DNA from: an uncultured Verrucomicrobiae bacterium
GTDB taxonomy: Bacteria > Verrucomicrobiota > Verrucomicrobiia > Limisphaerales > Palsa-1400
DNA: 64,000 bases
NCBI GenBank assembly: GCA_963707025.1
Contig: CAVPOM010000006.1
Location: 640,001-704,000, forward strand
Reading direction: 5' to 3'
Part shown: piece after piece, positions 52,160-62,762 of the stretch
Layout: each line of letters starts with the position of its first letter
Position numbering within the stretch: position 1 is the first letter of the stretch
The notes under the pieces: generated by a model
The model's input: the letters and a program-made list of their open reading frames with translations, nothing else
What the model was told of the DNA's origin: nothing
Database searches by the model: none
Made by a program: the position numbers and the translations under genes

Positions 52160-55100
52160 TCACTTCGCCAGGGCGGGCCTGGCGGAGCCGTTGATCGGCA
52201 CAGCCATCCTCTCGTAAAGGGCGAATTTGCTCAAGACCTCGTCTTGCGCGGCGTCCAGTATGGCTTTGCTCTGCGCCGGGTCCTGGCCGGCAGTGGCCTT
52301 GAAACGGCGTTCCGTGGCCCAAAACTTTTCCAGGGAAATCTTGGGCGCCGCCGAATCCAGCTTCAATCCCGGCTCGCCCGCCGCCACCCGCCGCGGATCG
52401 AACCGGTAGAGCGGCCAGAAGCCGGTGTCCACCGCCAGTTTTTGCTGGTCCAGGCTCTGCCCAAGCTCGTAACCATGCTCGATGCAGGGACAGTAGGCGA
52501 TCACCAGCGAGGTGCCGGGGTAGGACTCGGCTTCCTCGAAGGCCTTGACGGTTTGTGAATCCTTCGAGCCTAACGCCACCTGGGCCACGTAGGCGGTGCC
52601 GTAGGCCATGGCCAGCAGGCCCAGGTCTTTGCGCCCCGTCCGCTTGCCCGCCGAGGCGAACCGCGCCGCCGCGCCCCGCGGGGTCGCCTTGGACTGCTGC
52701 CCGCCTGTGTTGGAGTAAACTTCCGTGTCAAGCACAAGAATGTTGACCTTGGCGTTCATGGCGATCACATGGTCCAGGCCGCCAAAACCGATGTCGTAGG
52801 CCCAGCCGTCGCCGCCCAGAATCCAGACGGATTTTTTGACGAGCGCATCGGCCAGGGCATGCAGGCTGGAGGCTTCCGGCGCGGACAATGCTTGCAGGCG
52901 CAGCCGCAATTCGGCCACCCGCTCCCGCTGCGCCGCAATCTCCCCTTCGTTGTCTTGTTTGGCTCCGAGCAAGGCCTCCACCAATTCCCCGCCCACTTGC
53001 GGCGCGAGTTTTCGCGCCAGTTCCCGCGCGAATTCAGTTTGCTTGTCGAGGGCCACCCGGTGCCCAAAGCCATATTCGGCGTTGTCCTCAAAAAGCGAAT
53101 TGGACCACGCCGGGCCGCGTCCGGCCCCGTTGACCGTGTAAGGGGTCGTGGGCAGATTGCCGCCATAAATGGAGGAACACCCGGTGGCGTTGGCCACGAT
53201 GAGCCGGTCGCCCGACATCTGCGTCAGCAGTTTGACGTAGGGCGTTTCCCCGCAGCCCGAACAGGCCCCGGAATACTCGAAGAGCGGCTCGCGGAATTGG
53301 CTGCCTTTGACATCCATCGCCAGGCGCGTGCGGTCGGGGGAAGGCAGCTTGAGGAAAAATTCATAGTTGACCTTCTCCTGCTCGCGCAAGGCGGGCATCG
53401 GCTTCATGTTGATGGCTTTGTGTTTGGGATCCGTTTTTGCTTTCACCGGGCATACCGCCACGCACAACGTGCAACCCGTGCAATCTTCCGGAGACACCTG
53501 CAGCGAGTAGAGGGCGTCCTTGTGCTCTTGCGAGCGAAAGCCGGTGGATTTGAATTGGGCCGGCGCATTGGCCAGGTGGCTGGCCGGATAAAACTTGGCC
53601 CGGATGGCGGCGTGCGGACACACCAGCACGCATTTGTTGCATTGAATGCAGATCGCGGTGTCCCATACCGGAATTTCCAGCGCGATGGCCCGTTTTTCCC
53701 AGCGGGTCGTCCCGGAAGGCCAGGTCCCATCCACCGGGAAGGCGCTGACCGGCAGCAAATCCCCCTTGTTGGCCAGCATCAGCGCCGTGACCCGCTGCAC
53801 AAAATCCGGCGCTGCCTCCGCCACGATGGGGGGCTGATGATGACCGCTGGAGACCGCCTGCGGAATCTTGACTTGGTGCAACGCCGCCAGCGTTTGGTCC
53901 ACCGCCGCGAAGTTTTGGTCCACCACCGCCTGGCCCTTGCGGGCGTAGGTCTTGCGGATGGCTTTCTTGATTTGGGCGATGGCCTCCTCGCGCGGCAGCA
54001 CATTGGAGATGGCGAAGAAACAGGTTTGCATGATGGTATTGATGCGGCCGCCCATCCCGGCCGCCTTGGCCACCGGGTAGGCGTCAATCACATAACATTT
54101 CAGTTTCCGGGCGATGATTTCGCGCTGCACTTCCGCGGAAAAATGGTCCCACACTTCTTCCGGGCCGTAGGGCGAGTTGAGCAGGAGCGTCGCGCCCTGG
54201 CTGGCGTAATCCACCACGTTGTATCGCTCCAAAAACGGCCATTGATGGCACGCCACAAAGTCCGCCCGCTTGAGCAGGTAGGCGGCATGGATCGGTTTTG
54301 GCCCAAAGCGCAGATGCGATATGGTCACGGCCCCGGATTTCTTGGAGTCATAGACGAAATAGCCCTGCGCATACAGCTCGGTTTCCTCGCCGATGATCTT
54401 GATGGAGTTCTTGTTCGCGCCCACCGTGCCGTCCGCGCCCAGTCCGAAAAACACCGCCCGCACCTCCTCCTTCGGTTCGATCCCAAACTCTCCGTCAAAG
54501 GGCAGCGACGCATGGGTGACATCATCCACAATGCCGGCGGTAAAATGATTCTTCGGCGCGGCCAACTTCAGTTCGTCGAATACCGCCTTGACCATGGCCG
54601 GGGAAAATTCCTTGGAAGACAGGCCATAGCGCCCGCCCACCACCAGCGGTTCGGCATCAAAGGAGGCCAGCCCTTTGTCGCAAGCTTCCCGCAAGGCGGT
54701 CACCGTATCCACATAGAGCGGTTCGCCCACCGCGCCCGGCTCCTTGGTGCGGTCCAGCACGGCGATGCGCCGGGTGCTGGCGGGCAGGGCGCCGACAAAG
54801 GCCTCGACCGAAAACGGCCGGTAGAGGCGCACTCTCATCACCCCGGTCTTTTCCCCGTGCTGGTTGAGCCAGCGGGCGGTCTGTTCCGCCGTTTCGCCGC
54901 CCGAACCCATGATGACCAGCACCCGCTCGGCCTGCGCATGGCCGGCGTAATCGAACAACCGGTATTGGCGCCCGGTGATCCCCCCAAACCGGTTCATCAC
55001 CTCCTGGACGATGCCCGCCGTGCGGTCGTAATAAGGATTGCACGCTTCGCGCGCCTGGAAGAAAACATCCGGATTCTGGGCCGTGCCCCGAATGCAGGGC

Positions 55101-55771
55101 CGGTCCGGGGACAGCCCGTGGAGACGAAACGCCTGGAGGGCCTGGGTGTAGTCGTCCATCATCTCGCGCAATTGTTCGTCGGTCAGGACGCGGATTTTCG
55201 CCACTTCATGCGAGGTGCGGAACCCGTCAAAGAAATGGAGGAACGGCACGCGCGATTCCAGCGTGGCGGCATGGGCGATACAGGCCAGGTCTTGCGCCTC
55301 CTGCACCGAACCGGAGGAGAGCAGGGCAAAGCCAGTTTGCCGGCACGCCATGACGTCGGAATGATCGCCGAAAATGGACAGGCAATGCGTGGCCAGGGTG
55401 CGCGCTGTCACGTGCATGCAAAAGGGGAGCAGTTCGCCCGCGATTTTATACATGTTGGGTATCATCAACAGCAGCCCTTGGGACGCGGTGAAGGTCGTGC
55501 TCAAGGAGCCGACTTGCAACATCCCGTGCAGCGCCCCGGCGGCCCCGGCTTCCGATTGCATTTCCACCAGGCGCGGCACCGTGCCGTAGAGGTTGGGCCG
55601 GCCCGCGGCCGACCATTGATCGCACCATTCCGCCATGGGCGAGGAGGGGGTGATCGGGTAGATGGCGACCGTTTCGGTCAGGCGATAGGCGACCGAGGCC
55701 GCGGCTTCGTTGCCGTCCAGGGTGGCGAAGGGGATGGCGGGTGAACTTTGGACTTTTTGGGATGTTTTCAT
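52160..55771 (-). CDS. nifJ: Pyruvate:ferredoxin (flavodoxin) oxidoreductase
   Basis: YPITPSS, EMQSEAGAAG, GLGADGTVGANKNS, two ferredoxin motifs (CIQCNKCVLVCP, CTGCTLCVAVCP), ACSGCGE and GGDGWAYDIG. Confidence 0.97.
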   Translation of the reverse strand: MKTSQKVQSSPAIPFATLDGNEAAASVAYRLTETVAIYPITPSSPMAEWCDQWSAAGRPNLYGTVPRLVEMQSEAGAAGALHGMLQVGSLSTTFTASQGLLLMIPNMYKIAGELLPFCMHVTARTLATHCLSIFGDHSDVMACRQTGFALLSSGSVQEAQDLACIAHAATLESRVPFLHFFDGFRTSHEVAKIRVLTDEQLREMMDDYTQALQAFRLHGLSPDRPCIRGTAQNPDVFFQAREACNPYYDRTAGIVQEVMNRFGGITGRQYRLFDYAGHAQAERVLVIMGSGGETAEQTARWLNQHGEKTGVMRVRLYRPFSVEAFVGALPASTRRIAVLDRTKEPGAVGEPLYVDTVTALREACDKGLASFDAEPLVVGGRYGLSSKEFSPAMVKAVFDELKLAAPKNHFTAGIVDDVTHASLPFDGEFGIEPKEEVRAVFFGLGADGTVGANKNSIKIIGEETELYAQGYFVYDSKKSGAVTISHLRFGPKPIHAAYLLKRADFVACHQWPFLERYNVVDYASQGATLLLNSPYGPEEVWDHFSAEVQREIIARKLKCYVIDAYPVAKAAGMGGRINTIMQTCFFAISNVLPREEAIAQIKKAIRKTYARKGQAVVDQNFAAVDQTLAALHQVKIPQAVSSGHHQPPIVAEAAPDFVQRVTALMLANKGDLLPVSAFPVDGTWPSGTTRWEKRAIALEIPVWDTAICIQCNKCVLVCPHAAIRAKFYPASHLANAPAQFKSTGFRSQEHKDALYSLQVSPEDCTGCTLCVAVCPVKAKTDPKHKAINMKPMPALREQEKVNYEFFLKLPSPDRTRLAMDVKGSQFREPLFEYSGACSGCGETPYVKLLTQMSGDRLIVANATGCSSIYGGNLPTTPYTVNGAGRGPAWSNSLFEDNAEYGFGHRVALDKQTEFARELARKLAPQVGGELVEALLGAKQDNEGEIAAQRERVAELRLRLQALSAPEASSLHALADALVKKSVWILGGDGWAYDIGFGGLDHVIAMNAKVNILVLDTEVYSNTGGQQSKATPRGAAARFASAGKRTGRKDLGLLAMAYGTAYVAQVALGSKDSQTVKAFEEAESYPGTSLVIAYCPCIEHGYELGQSLDQQKLAVDTGFWPLYRFDPRRVAAGEPGLKLDSAAPKISLEKFWATERRFKATAGQDPAQSKAILDAAQDEVLSKFALYERMAVPINGSARPALAK

Positions 55772-57282
55772 AATTGGATAAATGCAGAGTGGAGTGACAC
55801 GGGCAGTTTTCCCAGCAACCAGCCGGGCGCGCAACCCAGGGCGATGACCAGCCCGGCCAGCAGCGCAATGGAAAGGAGCGCCGCATAAGGCGGGCAAAAC
55901 GGTTTGCTGTCCGCGGGTGGCTCGGCGCTGTAAATCTGTTTGAGCACTTGCAGATAGTAATAGAGCGAAATGGCGCTGGCCGCAACCGCAACGATGACCA
56001 GCCAAAGCATGGCCAAATCCGGCTTGCCGGCCGCGCTCGTGCCGCCCAGGGCCGCGGTGAACACATAGAACTTGCCGAAGAAACCGCCCAGCGGGGGAAT
56101 GCCGGCCAGCGAGAGCATGAAGACGAACATGCAGGCCGAGAGCAGCGGCGCGCGCCGGCCCAGCCCGGCCCAGTCCGCCAGCCCGTCCCGCCCGCCGCTG
56201 TTTTCAACCACCGCCACCACCGCAAAGGCCCCCAGCACGGTCAGCGCGTAAGTGATGACATAAAAGAACAGCGCCGGAACCATTTGCTGCGAGTTACCAA
56301 AGAAAGCGAGCAGCGCATAGCCGGCGTGGGCAATGGCCGAATAGGCCAGCAACCGCTTGACCCGGGTCTGCACCAGGGCCGCGATGTTGCCCGCCACCAT
56401 CGAGACCACCGCCAGCACCGCCAGCACCGGCATCCATCCCGCCGCAAAGGAATGCCAGGCGGCGCTGCCGTGCATCGGGCCAAATCCCTCCACGATGATT
56501 CTGGCGAGCACAAAGAAGCTGGCCACCTTCGATCCCGACGCGATGAAACAGGCGATGGGCGCCGGCGCTCCCTCATAGACATCCGGCGCCCAGAAATGAA
56601 ACGGCGCCGCCGCCACTTTGAAGGCGAAGCCAGCCAGGGTCATGACCAGCCCGGCATAAAAGACCGGCTCCAGCGGCGGTGATTTCAGTTTCACCGCAAT
56701 GGTTTCGGCCAGCGATCCCAGTTGCAGATCCCCGGTCAAGCCATAGAGCAGGCTGATGCCAAAAAGCGTGAACGCCGCCGCCACGCTGCCGAAGAGAAAG
56801 TATTTCAACGCCCCCTCGGCCGACGGCAGGCTCCCCTTGTTAAAAGCCGTCAGCACATAGAGCGGCAGGCTGAGCATTTCCAGCGCGATAAAGATCATCA
56901 AAAGATTGTCGGAACTGATCAGCAGCAGCAAGCCGGCGGTGGCGATGAGGAGCAGCGCAAAATACTCCCCGAGGTGCCGCGTGAACCGCGCCCCGAAGGA
57001 AAGAACCGCCACCACCAGCGTCAAGCCCAGCAGGGCCATTTTCAAGAATTGCGTCAACGGAGTCAGGGCCAGCATTTCGGCCGTCTTGCCTCCCGGCCCC
57101 AACGCGATCCACATCATGGCGGCCAGGCATCCCAGGCAAGCCGTCCCGCCAATCGCCCCCGCCCGAAAGGCCAGGCTTTTGCGCCGCACCAACGCAAAAT
57201 CCAGGAGCAGCGCCGCCAGCGCGGACACAATCACGATTTCCTCGGGCACCAGCGGAATCGTCCACTGCAAAGAAAGGCTCAT
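55768..57282 (-). CDS. nuoN: NADH-quinone oxidoreductase subunit N
   Basis: EGALKYF, FKVAAAPFHFWAPDVYEGAP and KRLLAYSAIAHAGY. Confidence 0.93.
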   Translation of the reverse strand: MSLSLQWTIPLVPEEIVIVSALAALLLDFALVRRKSLAFRAGAIGGTACLGCLAAMMWIALGPGGKTAEMLALTPLTQFLKMALLGLTLVVAVLSFGARFTRHLGEYFALLLIATAGLLLLISSDNLLMIFIALEMLSLPLYVLTAFNKGSLPSAEGALKYFLFGSVAAAFTLFGISLLYGLTGDLQLGSLAETIAVKLKSPPLEPVFYAGLVMTLAGFAFKVAAAPFHFWAPDVYEGAPAPIACFIASGSKVASFFVLARIIVEGFGPMHGSAAWHSFAAGWMPVLAVLAVVSMVAGNIAALVQTRVKRLLAYSAIAHAGYALLAFFGNSQQMVPALFFYVITYALTVLGAFAVVAVVENSGGRDGLADWAGLGRRAPLLSACMFVFMLSLAGIPPLGGFFGKFYVFTAALGGTSAAGKPDLAMLWLVIVAVAASAISLYYYLQVLKQIYSAEPPADSKPFCPPYAALLSIALLAGLVIALGCAPGWLLGKLPVSLHSAFIQL

Positions 57283-58766
57283 GGCAAGCCTCCTTTCCAG
57301 AGCGGTTGAAACAGGGGCGAGCGCAGCGTCGGCGTTATCAGGTTCAGGAGCAATCCGGGCCACAAGCCGATCAGGACCGTCGTGCCCAGGAGCAGATACG
57401 CTCCCGCCCGTTCGGCGATGCTAATGGGTTCAATCCGGATCGCGGCCGGCTGGCTCTCGTTCTCCGCGAAAAAGCCCTTGATCCAGATGCGCACCATGAA
57501 GGCGATGCCCACCAGAATCCCGACTCCCGCAAAAATGGTCAGGCGGGGGAAAACCCCCCAGGCGCCCGCCAGCACCTGCAATTCGGCGATAAACCCGCTG
57601 AAACCGGGCAACCCCATGGAGGCCGCCCCCGCAATCACAAAGGTAACTGCCGCAAACGGCGCCAGAACGCTCAGATTCATCGGCTGCAATTCGCTTAATA
57701 AACGCCTATGGGTCCGGTCGTAAACCATCCGGCCAACCACGGCAAAAAGCAGGCCGGCGATAATGCCGTGCGAAAACATTTGCAGGACCGCGCCGCTCAG
57801 GCCGATTTGGGTCAGGGTCATCAGGCCGAGCAAGACAAAGCCCATGTGGCTCACGCTCGAATAGCCGATGACAAATTTGATGTCGCGTTGCACCAGCGCC
57901 ACCGTGGCCCCATAAACGATGCCGATCACGGCCAACAGGGCGATTTCATTTTGCCAGTAACGCAGCCCGTCTGGAAAAAGCGTCATGGCCACGCGCAACG
58001 CCCCGTAGGCCCCCAGTTTCATCACCACCCCGGCCAGCAACATGGAAGCCGCCGTGGGCGCGGCCACATGCCCGGTCGGCGCCCAAGTGTGGAAGGGCCA
58101 TAGTCCGGCCAGCACCGCAAAGCCGACAAAGACCAGCAGGAAAGCCCAGTGTTGAAAGGCCACCGGGAAAGACTGTTTGGACAGAACGACCAAATCAAAC
58201 GTGTGCGCCCCGGAGACGACGTAGGCGGCCATCAATCCGAGGAGGACCATCGCGCTGCCCACCAACGAATAGAGGGCCAGTTTCATCGCCCCGTATTCCT
58301 TGCGGGTTGATCCCCACACGGCAATGAGGAAGTATTTCGGAATGATGGCGATTTCGTAAAAGACGAACAGCAGAAAGAGATCAAAGCTCAGAAAAACCCC
58401 ATAGACCCCGCCGATCAGCGCCAGATAGAGCGCGAAAAACTCCTTGGTGCGCCGCTCGATGTTCCAGGAAAACAACACCCCCGCCACCGCCGCAATGCCG
58501 GTCAGCAACACCAGCGTGATGCTCACCCCGTCCGCGGCCAGGTGAAAATTGATGCCCAGATCCTTGATCCACGAGATATTGACGAGGTCCACCTGCACGC
58601 CGGATGGGGTCTGGCGCTCGTATTGCACCGCGCCGGCCAGGCCGAGCGCCAGTCCCGCCAGGGCCGTCAGCAGGGCCGTGATCCGCGCCGCCCGCCGGCG
58701 CTGCGGCGGCAGCAGCACCAGCGCCGCCGCGCCCAGAAACGAGATATAAATGGTCCAGGACAGCAT
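57279..58766 (-). CDS. nuoM: NADH-quinone oxidoreductase subunit M (second copy)
   Basis: PFHTWAPTGHVAAPT, MKLGAYG, YSSVSHMG and SMGLPGFSGFIAE. Confidence 0.92.
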   Translation of the reverse strand: MLSWTIYISFLGAAALVLLPPQRRRAARITALLTALAGLALGLAGAVQYERQTPSGVQVDLVNISWIKDLGINFHLAADGVSITLVLLTGIAAVAGVLFSWNIERRTKEFFALYLALIGGVYGVFLSFDLFLLFVFYEIAIIPKYFLIAVWGSTRKEYGAMKLALYSLVGSAMVLLGLMAAYVVSGAHTFDLVVLSKQSFPVAFQHWAFLLVFVGFAVLAGLWPFHTWAPTGHVAAPTAASMLLAGVVMKLGAYGALRVAMTLFPDGLRYWQNEIALLAVIGIVYGATVALVQRDIKFVIGYSSVSHMGFVLLGLMTLTQIGLSGAVLQMFSHGIIAGLLFAVVGRMVYDRTHRRLLSELQPMNLSVLAPFAAVTFVIAGAASMGLPGFSGFIAELQVLAGAWGVFPRLTIFAGVGILVGIAFMVRIWIKGFFAENESQPAAIRIEPISIAERAGAYLLLGTTVLIGLWPGLLLNLITPTLRSPLFQPLWKGGLP

Positions 58767-58769
58767 GGT

Positions 58770-60332
58770 TCAAAAATGTTTTAACATGGCCAGCGCGGCC
58801 GGATTGGCCACGCGGATGAGTATTTGCGGACAAATCCCCAGCACAAAAATCAGGGCGATGACCGGCCCCAGCGTCCAGCGCTCGCCGGTCGTCAGGTCCT
58901 TCCAGCCGGCCCAGCGATTGGGCAGCGGCCCGCTGAAGACCCGCTGCAAAATGGTCAGCAGAAAAATCGCCGTGATGAGCAGCCCGAGGGTCGAGACCGC
59001 CGCGGCCCACCCCGCCAGCGGCAAAGCCCCTTTGAAAATCAGAAACTCGCTGACAAATCCATTCAGCCCGGGCAATCCGAGCGACGCCAGCAGAGTGATG
59101 CCCATCAATCCGCAAAAAACCGGCGCCGCTTTGCGCAGGCCCCCAAAATCGTCCAGCCCGCGCAGCCCGCCGCTCCGCTGCTCGATCAGCCCGACAAAAT
59201 AAAAGAGGGCCGAGGCCGTCAGACCGTGATTGAACATTTGCAGCATGACCCCGTTGAGGGCGGCGGCTTTATCGGCAGTCGAATCCGCCGTGTCCCCGGT
59301 CAGTTGCACCGCGACAAAAATGCCCAGGAGGCAGTAGCCGACGTGATTGATCGAGGAATAAGCCACCATCCGTTTCAAATCCCGCTGGGCCAGCGCCGCC
59401 GCCGCCGAAAAGACGATCGTCGCCACCGCCAAGCAGAGCAGGGGGGGTTGCATGGCCTGCATCTGCGCCGGAAAGAGCGGCAGCAAAATGCGCAAAAATC
59501 CATACACCCCCATTTTCGACATCGCCCCGGTCAGCAGCATGGACGTGCCGGTGGGCGCTTCGGCATAAGCCGACGGCAGCCAGGTATGGAAGGGCATGAG
59601 CGGCGCTTTCACCGCGAACCCAAGGAACACGCCGGCAAATACCAGGGTGGCCAGCGTTTCTTTGGAGTGGAAAAAGGCGCCGCCCAGTTTGGCCAGCTTG
59701 TCTTGCAGCTCGCCGTTCCGGGCCAGTTCGGACAGCTTTGCAAAGTCAAACACTCCCGTCGCCGCGAAAATGGCCAGGAAGCCCAGCAGCATGGCCACGC
59801 TGCCGGCCAGTGTGTATATGAAGAACTGGCTGGCCGCCCGCGTGCGCCGGGGGCCACCCCACATCTTGATCAGGAAATACGCCGGAATCAGGCCCAGTTC
59901 CCAATAGATAAACCAGTGGAAAAAGTTCAGCGCGGTAAAGGTGCCGAACAGGCCGGCTTCTAAAAACAGAATCAGGGCAAAATAGAGCTTCGCATTCTGC
60001 TCGATTTTCCACGAGGCCATCATGGCAAAGGGCACCAGCAGCGCCGACAGGCCCACCATCAAAAGCCCCAATCCATCAATGCCCAGGTGGTAATCAATCC
60101 CCTGGTAATCATTCGCCGGCGACGGCACCCACGGGAGGTTCTCGGCGAATTGCCAGCCAAGCTGGCCGGGGTCGAACGCCGCCCACAACAGCGCCGCCAC
60201 GCCCAGTGCCAGCAGGCTCGCTCCGAAGGCAATGCGACGCGCCACTTTTGCGGGACCGGGCGCCAGCAGCGCCGCTCCGCCGCCGAGCAGCGGGATCAAC
60301 GTCAGAACGCTCAGCAATGGAATCCCTTTCAT
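58770..60332 (-). CDS. nuoM: NADH-quinone oxidoreductase subunit M (first copy)
   Basis: AVKAPLMPFHTWLP, SKMGVYG, YSSINHVG and SLGLPGLNGFVSE. Confidence 0.92.
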   Translation of the reverse strand: MKGIPLLSVLTLIPLLGGGAALLAPGPAKVARRIAFGASLLALGVAALLWAAFDPGQLGWQFAENLPWVPSPANDYQGIDYHLGIDGLGLLMVGLSALLVPFAMMASWKIEQNAKLYFALILFLEAGLFGTFTALNFFHWFIYWELGLIPAYFLIKMWGGPRRTRAASQFFIYTLAGSVAMLLGFLAIFAATGVFDFAKLSELARNGELQDKLAKLGGAFFHSKETLATLVFAGVFLGFAVKAPLMPFHTWLPSAYAEAPTGTSMLLTGAMSKMGVYGFLRILLPLFPAQMQAMQPPLLCLAVATIVFSAAAALAQRDLKRMVAYSSINHVGYCLLGIFVAVQLTGDTADSTADKAAALNGVMLQMFNHGLTASALFYFVGLIEQRSGGLRGLDDFGGLRKAAPVFCGLMGITLLASLGLPGLNGFVSEFLIFKGALPLAGWAAAVSTLGLLITAIFLLTILQRVFSGPLPNRWAGWKDLTTGERWTLGPVIALIFVLGICPQILIRVANPAALAMLKHF

Positions 60333-62362
60333 GCGCACCCCCAGATCAAGGCCAGCGCCAGCAGAGCGACGGCCAGGCCCGCCATTCGCAAATAGCGCTG
60401 TACCCGCCCATTTTGCGCCCAGGCCAGGAAACCTCCCGCGCCACGCAGTTCTTCGCAGCCCAAATCGAAACCGGCATTGATCCCCAATTCGTCAATGGCG
60501 CGGTTGCACAGCGCCCACACCATCGTCAACCCGGATAGCGCGTTGACCGCTCCCGCCCAGATCACCCGATCCAGCCAGTCGGCGCAGTTCGAAAACGCCG
60601 CGTTCAGCCGGATCACTGTCGCCTCATAAATCTCGTCCACCCAAAATTTATTTTGGAGCAACCGAAAGACCGCCGGCACGGATTTCTCCAACGGGTCTGC
60701 TTCCCGGCTGCTTTGCGCCGCCACATTGGAATAGATTCGCCAGCCCAGAAACAGGGCCGCGCCAACGACGATGGTGGACAGCAGCATCAGACTGAGTTGC
60801 GGGCCGGCCAGGAGGGCCGCGGGCGTGAACCGGACCTGTTCTCCGTTCAAATAGGAGGCGAACCAGGGCCAGGCCGGCGTTCCCAGGAATCCAGCCAGCA
60901 CCGCGAAGCCCGCCAGGATCATAAGAGGAACCGTCATCACGGCGGGGCTTTCATGCGCCGGAACTCGCGAGCCGGCCGCATCGGCTGGTTTTCCGAAGAA
61001 CACCCAGCTTACCTGCCGGGTCATGTAAAAGGCCGTCAGAAAAGCCCCTGCCACGCCCAGATAAAATGGCACCGCCGACACATCCCAAACTCGCGCCGCG
61101 TGCAGGATTTCATCCTTGCTCCAGAAGCCGGAGAAGAACAGCGGCACACCGCACAGCGCCATCATGCCCGCGGCGTAAGTCGCGAACGTCCACGGCATCA
61201 GCCTTTTCAGGCCGCCCATTTTGCGGATGTCCTGTTCGCCATGACAGCCGTGAATGACCGAGCCTGCGCCCAGAAAGAGGAGCGACTTGAAAAAGGCGTG
61301 CGTGATCAGATGAAACATTCCCACCGCCACCCCGCCCACGCCCAGGCCCATCATCATGTAGCCCAATTGCGAGATCGTGGAAAAAGCGATGATTCGCTTG
61401 ATGTCGTTCTGCGCCACCGCGATGGCCGCGGCAAACACGGCGGTGATGGCCCCCACCCAGGTGATGACTTGGAGGGCCGCCGGATGCGGACCGGCGCTCA
61501 TCAGCGGATACATGCGGGCCACCAGAAACACTCCCGCCGCCACCATGGTGGCGGCATGGATCAGCGCGCTGACCGGGGTCGGGCCTTCCATGGCGTCGGG
61601 CAGCCAGACGTGCAGGGGGAACTGGCCGGATTTTCCCATGGCCCCCATGAAAATCAGCAGGGAGATGGCGGTCGAAACCGCCATGCCGCCCACGGTGGCG
61701 GCGGTCGCCAGATGTGTCAGCGAGGATTGTTCCAGACAGCCGTTGCCGTGGTCGTAAAAGAGCAGTGTGCCGCTTTTGCTATAGAGCCAGAGCATGCCCA
61801 GCAGAAGCCCCAAGTCGCCAAGGCGCGTGGTGATGAAGGCTTTTTTTGCCGCCGCCGCCGCCGCCGGCTTTTCAAACCAGAAACCGATCAGCAGGTAGGA
61901 CGACAGGCCGACCAATTCCCAGCAGATGAACAGCAGGAGCAGGCTGTTGGCGATGACTATGCCCAGCATGGCCGCGGCAAACAGCGACATGAAACAGAAG
62001 AACCGGGTGTAATTCCCGTCCTGCGCCATGTAGCCCAGGCTGTAAATGAAAATGAGCAGCGACAGCAACGCCACCATCATCAGCATAATCGCGGTCAGGG
62101 GATCCAGCACCCAGCCCAGCGGCACCGCCGTGGCGGCGGTGGCGCCCAGATCGAACCAGCGAAAACTCCACGTCTGCCGGAACGGATGCGCGCTCAAGCT
62201 GGTCAGGAAGGCCACACAGGACAGCACCAGGCAAACCGCCATTCCCCCAATGGCCAGCGTCGCCGCCCATTGCCGCCGCTCGCGCTTGAGCAACGACCCC
62301 AGGCCCGCCATCACCAGCGGCACCGCCGGAATCAACCACAGGTATTTGACGACGTATTCCAT
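60329..62362 (-). CDS. nuoL: NADH-quinone oxidoreductase subunit L with elongated lateral helix
   Basis: WELVGLSSYLLIGFW, GKSGQFPLHVWLPDAMEGPTPVSALIHAATMV and HAFFKSLLFL. Confidence 0.96.
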   Translation of the reverse strand: MEYVVKYLWLIPAVPLVMAGLGSLLKRERRQWAATLAIGGMAVCLVLSCVAFLTSLSAHPFRQTWSFRWFDLGATAATAVPLGWVLDPLTAIMLMMVALLSLLIFIYSLGYMAQDGNYTRFFCFMSLFAAAMLGIVIANSLLLLFICWELVGLSSYLLIGFWFEKPAAAAAAKKAFITTRLGDLGLLLGMLWLYSKSGTLLFYDHGNGCLEQSSLTHLATAATVGGMAVSTAISLLIFMGAMGKSGQFPLHVWLPDAMEGPTPVSALIHAATMVAAGVFLVARMYPLMSAGPHPAALQVITWVGAITAVFAAAIAVAQNDIKRIIAFSTISQLGYMMMGLGVGGVAVGMFHLITHAFFKSLLFLGAGSVIHGCHGEQDIRKMGGLKRLMPWTFATYAAGMMALCGVPLFFSGFWSKDEILHAARVWDVSAVPFYLGVAGAFLTAFYMTRQVSWVFFGKPADAAGSRVPAHESPAVMTVPLMILAGFAVLAGFLGTPAWPWFASYLNGEQVRFTPAALLAGPQLSLMLLSTIVVGAALFLGWRIYSNVAAQSSREADPLEKSVPAVFRLLQNKFWVDEIYEATVIRLNAAFSNCADWLDRVIWAGAVNALSGLTMVWALCNRAIDELGINAGFDLGCEELRGAGGFLAWAQNGRVQRYLRMAGLAVALLALALIWGCA

Positions 62363-62365
62363 CTT

Positions 62366-62680
62366 TCAACCTTTCAGCGCATCCAATCTATCCACTTGCG
62401 TGGTCTTTCGTTGACGGTAGATGGCAATGACCAGCGCCAGGCCGACTGCCGCCTCGGCGGCCGCGATGGCGATGGAAAAAAGCACGAACATCACGCCGGT
62501 CAACGCCTCCGGGTGAGGCCCATACCGCCAGAACGCGATAAAATTCAAGTTCGCCGCATTGAGCATCAATTCGATGCCGATGAGCACCAGGATGGCGCTG
62601 CGGCGCGCCACCACGCCCGCGAAACCGATGCTGAACAGCAACGCCGACAGGATCAGATAATGGGAGAGAAGCGGGTTCAT
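62366..62680 (-). CDS. nuoK: NADH-quinone oxidoreductase subunit K
   Basis: [12 protein letters not shown] and [10 protein letters not shown]. Confidence 0.95.
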   Translation of the reverse strand: MNPLLSHYLILSALLFSIGFAGVVARRSAILVLIGIELMLNAANLNFIAFWRYGPHPEALTGVMFVLFSIAIAAAEAAVGLALVIAIYRQRKTTQVDRLDALKG

Positions 62681-62726
62681 TTCATCCATATGCCCGGAAG
62701 CATTTCGCCTTTTGGGTAACTTCTCC

Positions 62727-62762
62727 TAATCTTAATCTTAATCATAATCATAATCTTAATCT
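62727..62762. repeat. Hexamer tandem repeat TAATC(T/A) x6 between nuoJ and nuoK
   Basis: taatct taatct taatca taatca taatct taatct; supplies the nuoJ stop codon. Confidence 0.85.

Noticed and set aside
52769..55744. 991-aa plus-strand ORF
   Set aside because: Antisense shadow of nifJ caused by high-GC codon bias; no recognisable motifs.
60653..62719. 688-aa plus-strand ORF
   Set aside because: Antisense shadow of nuoL/nuoK.
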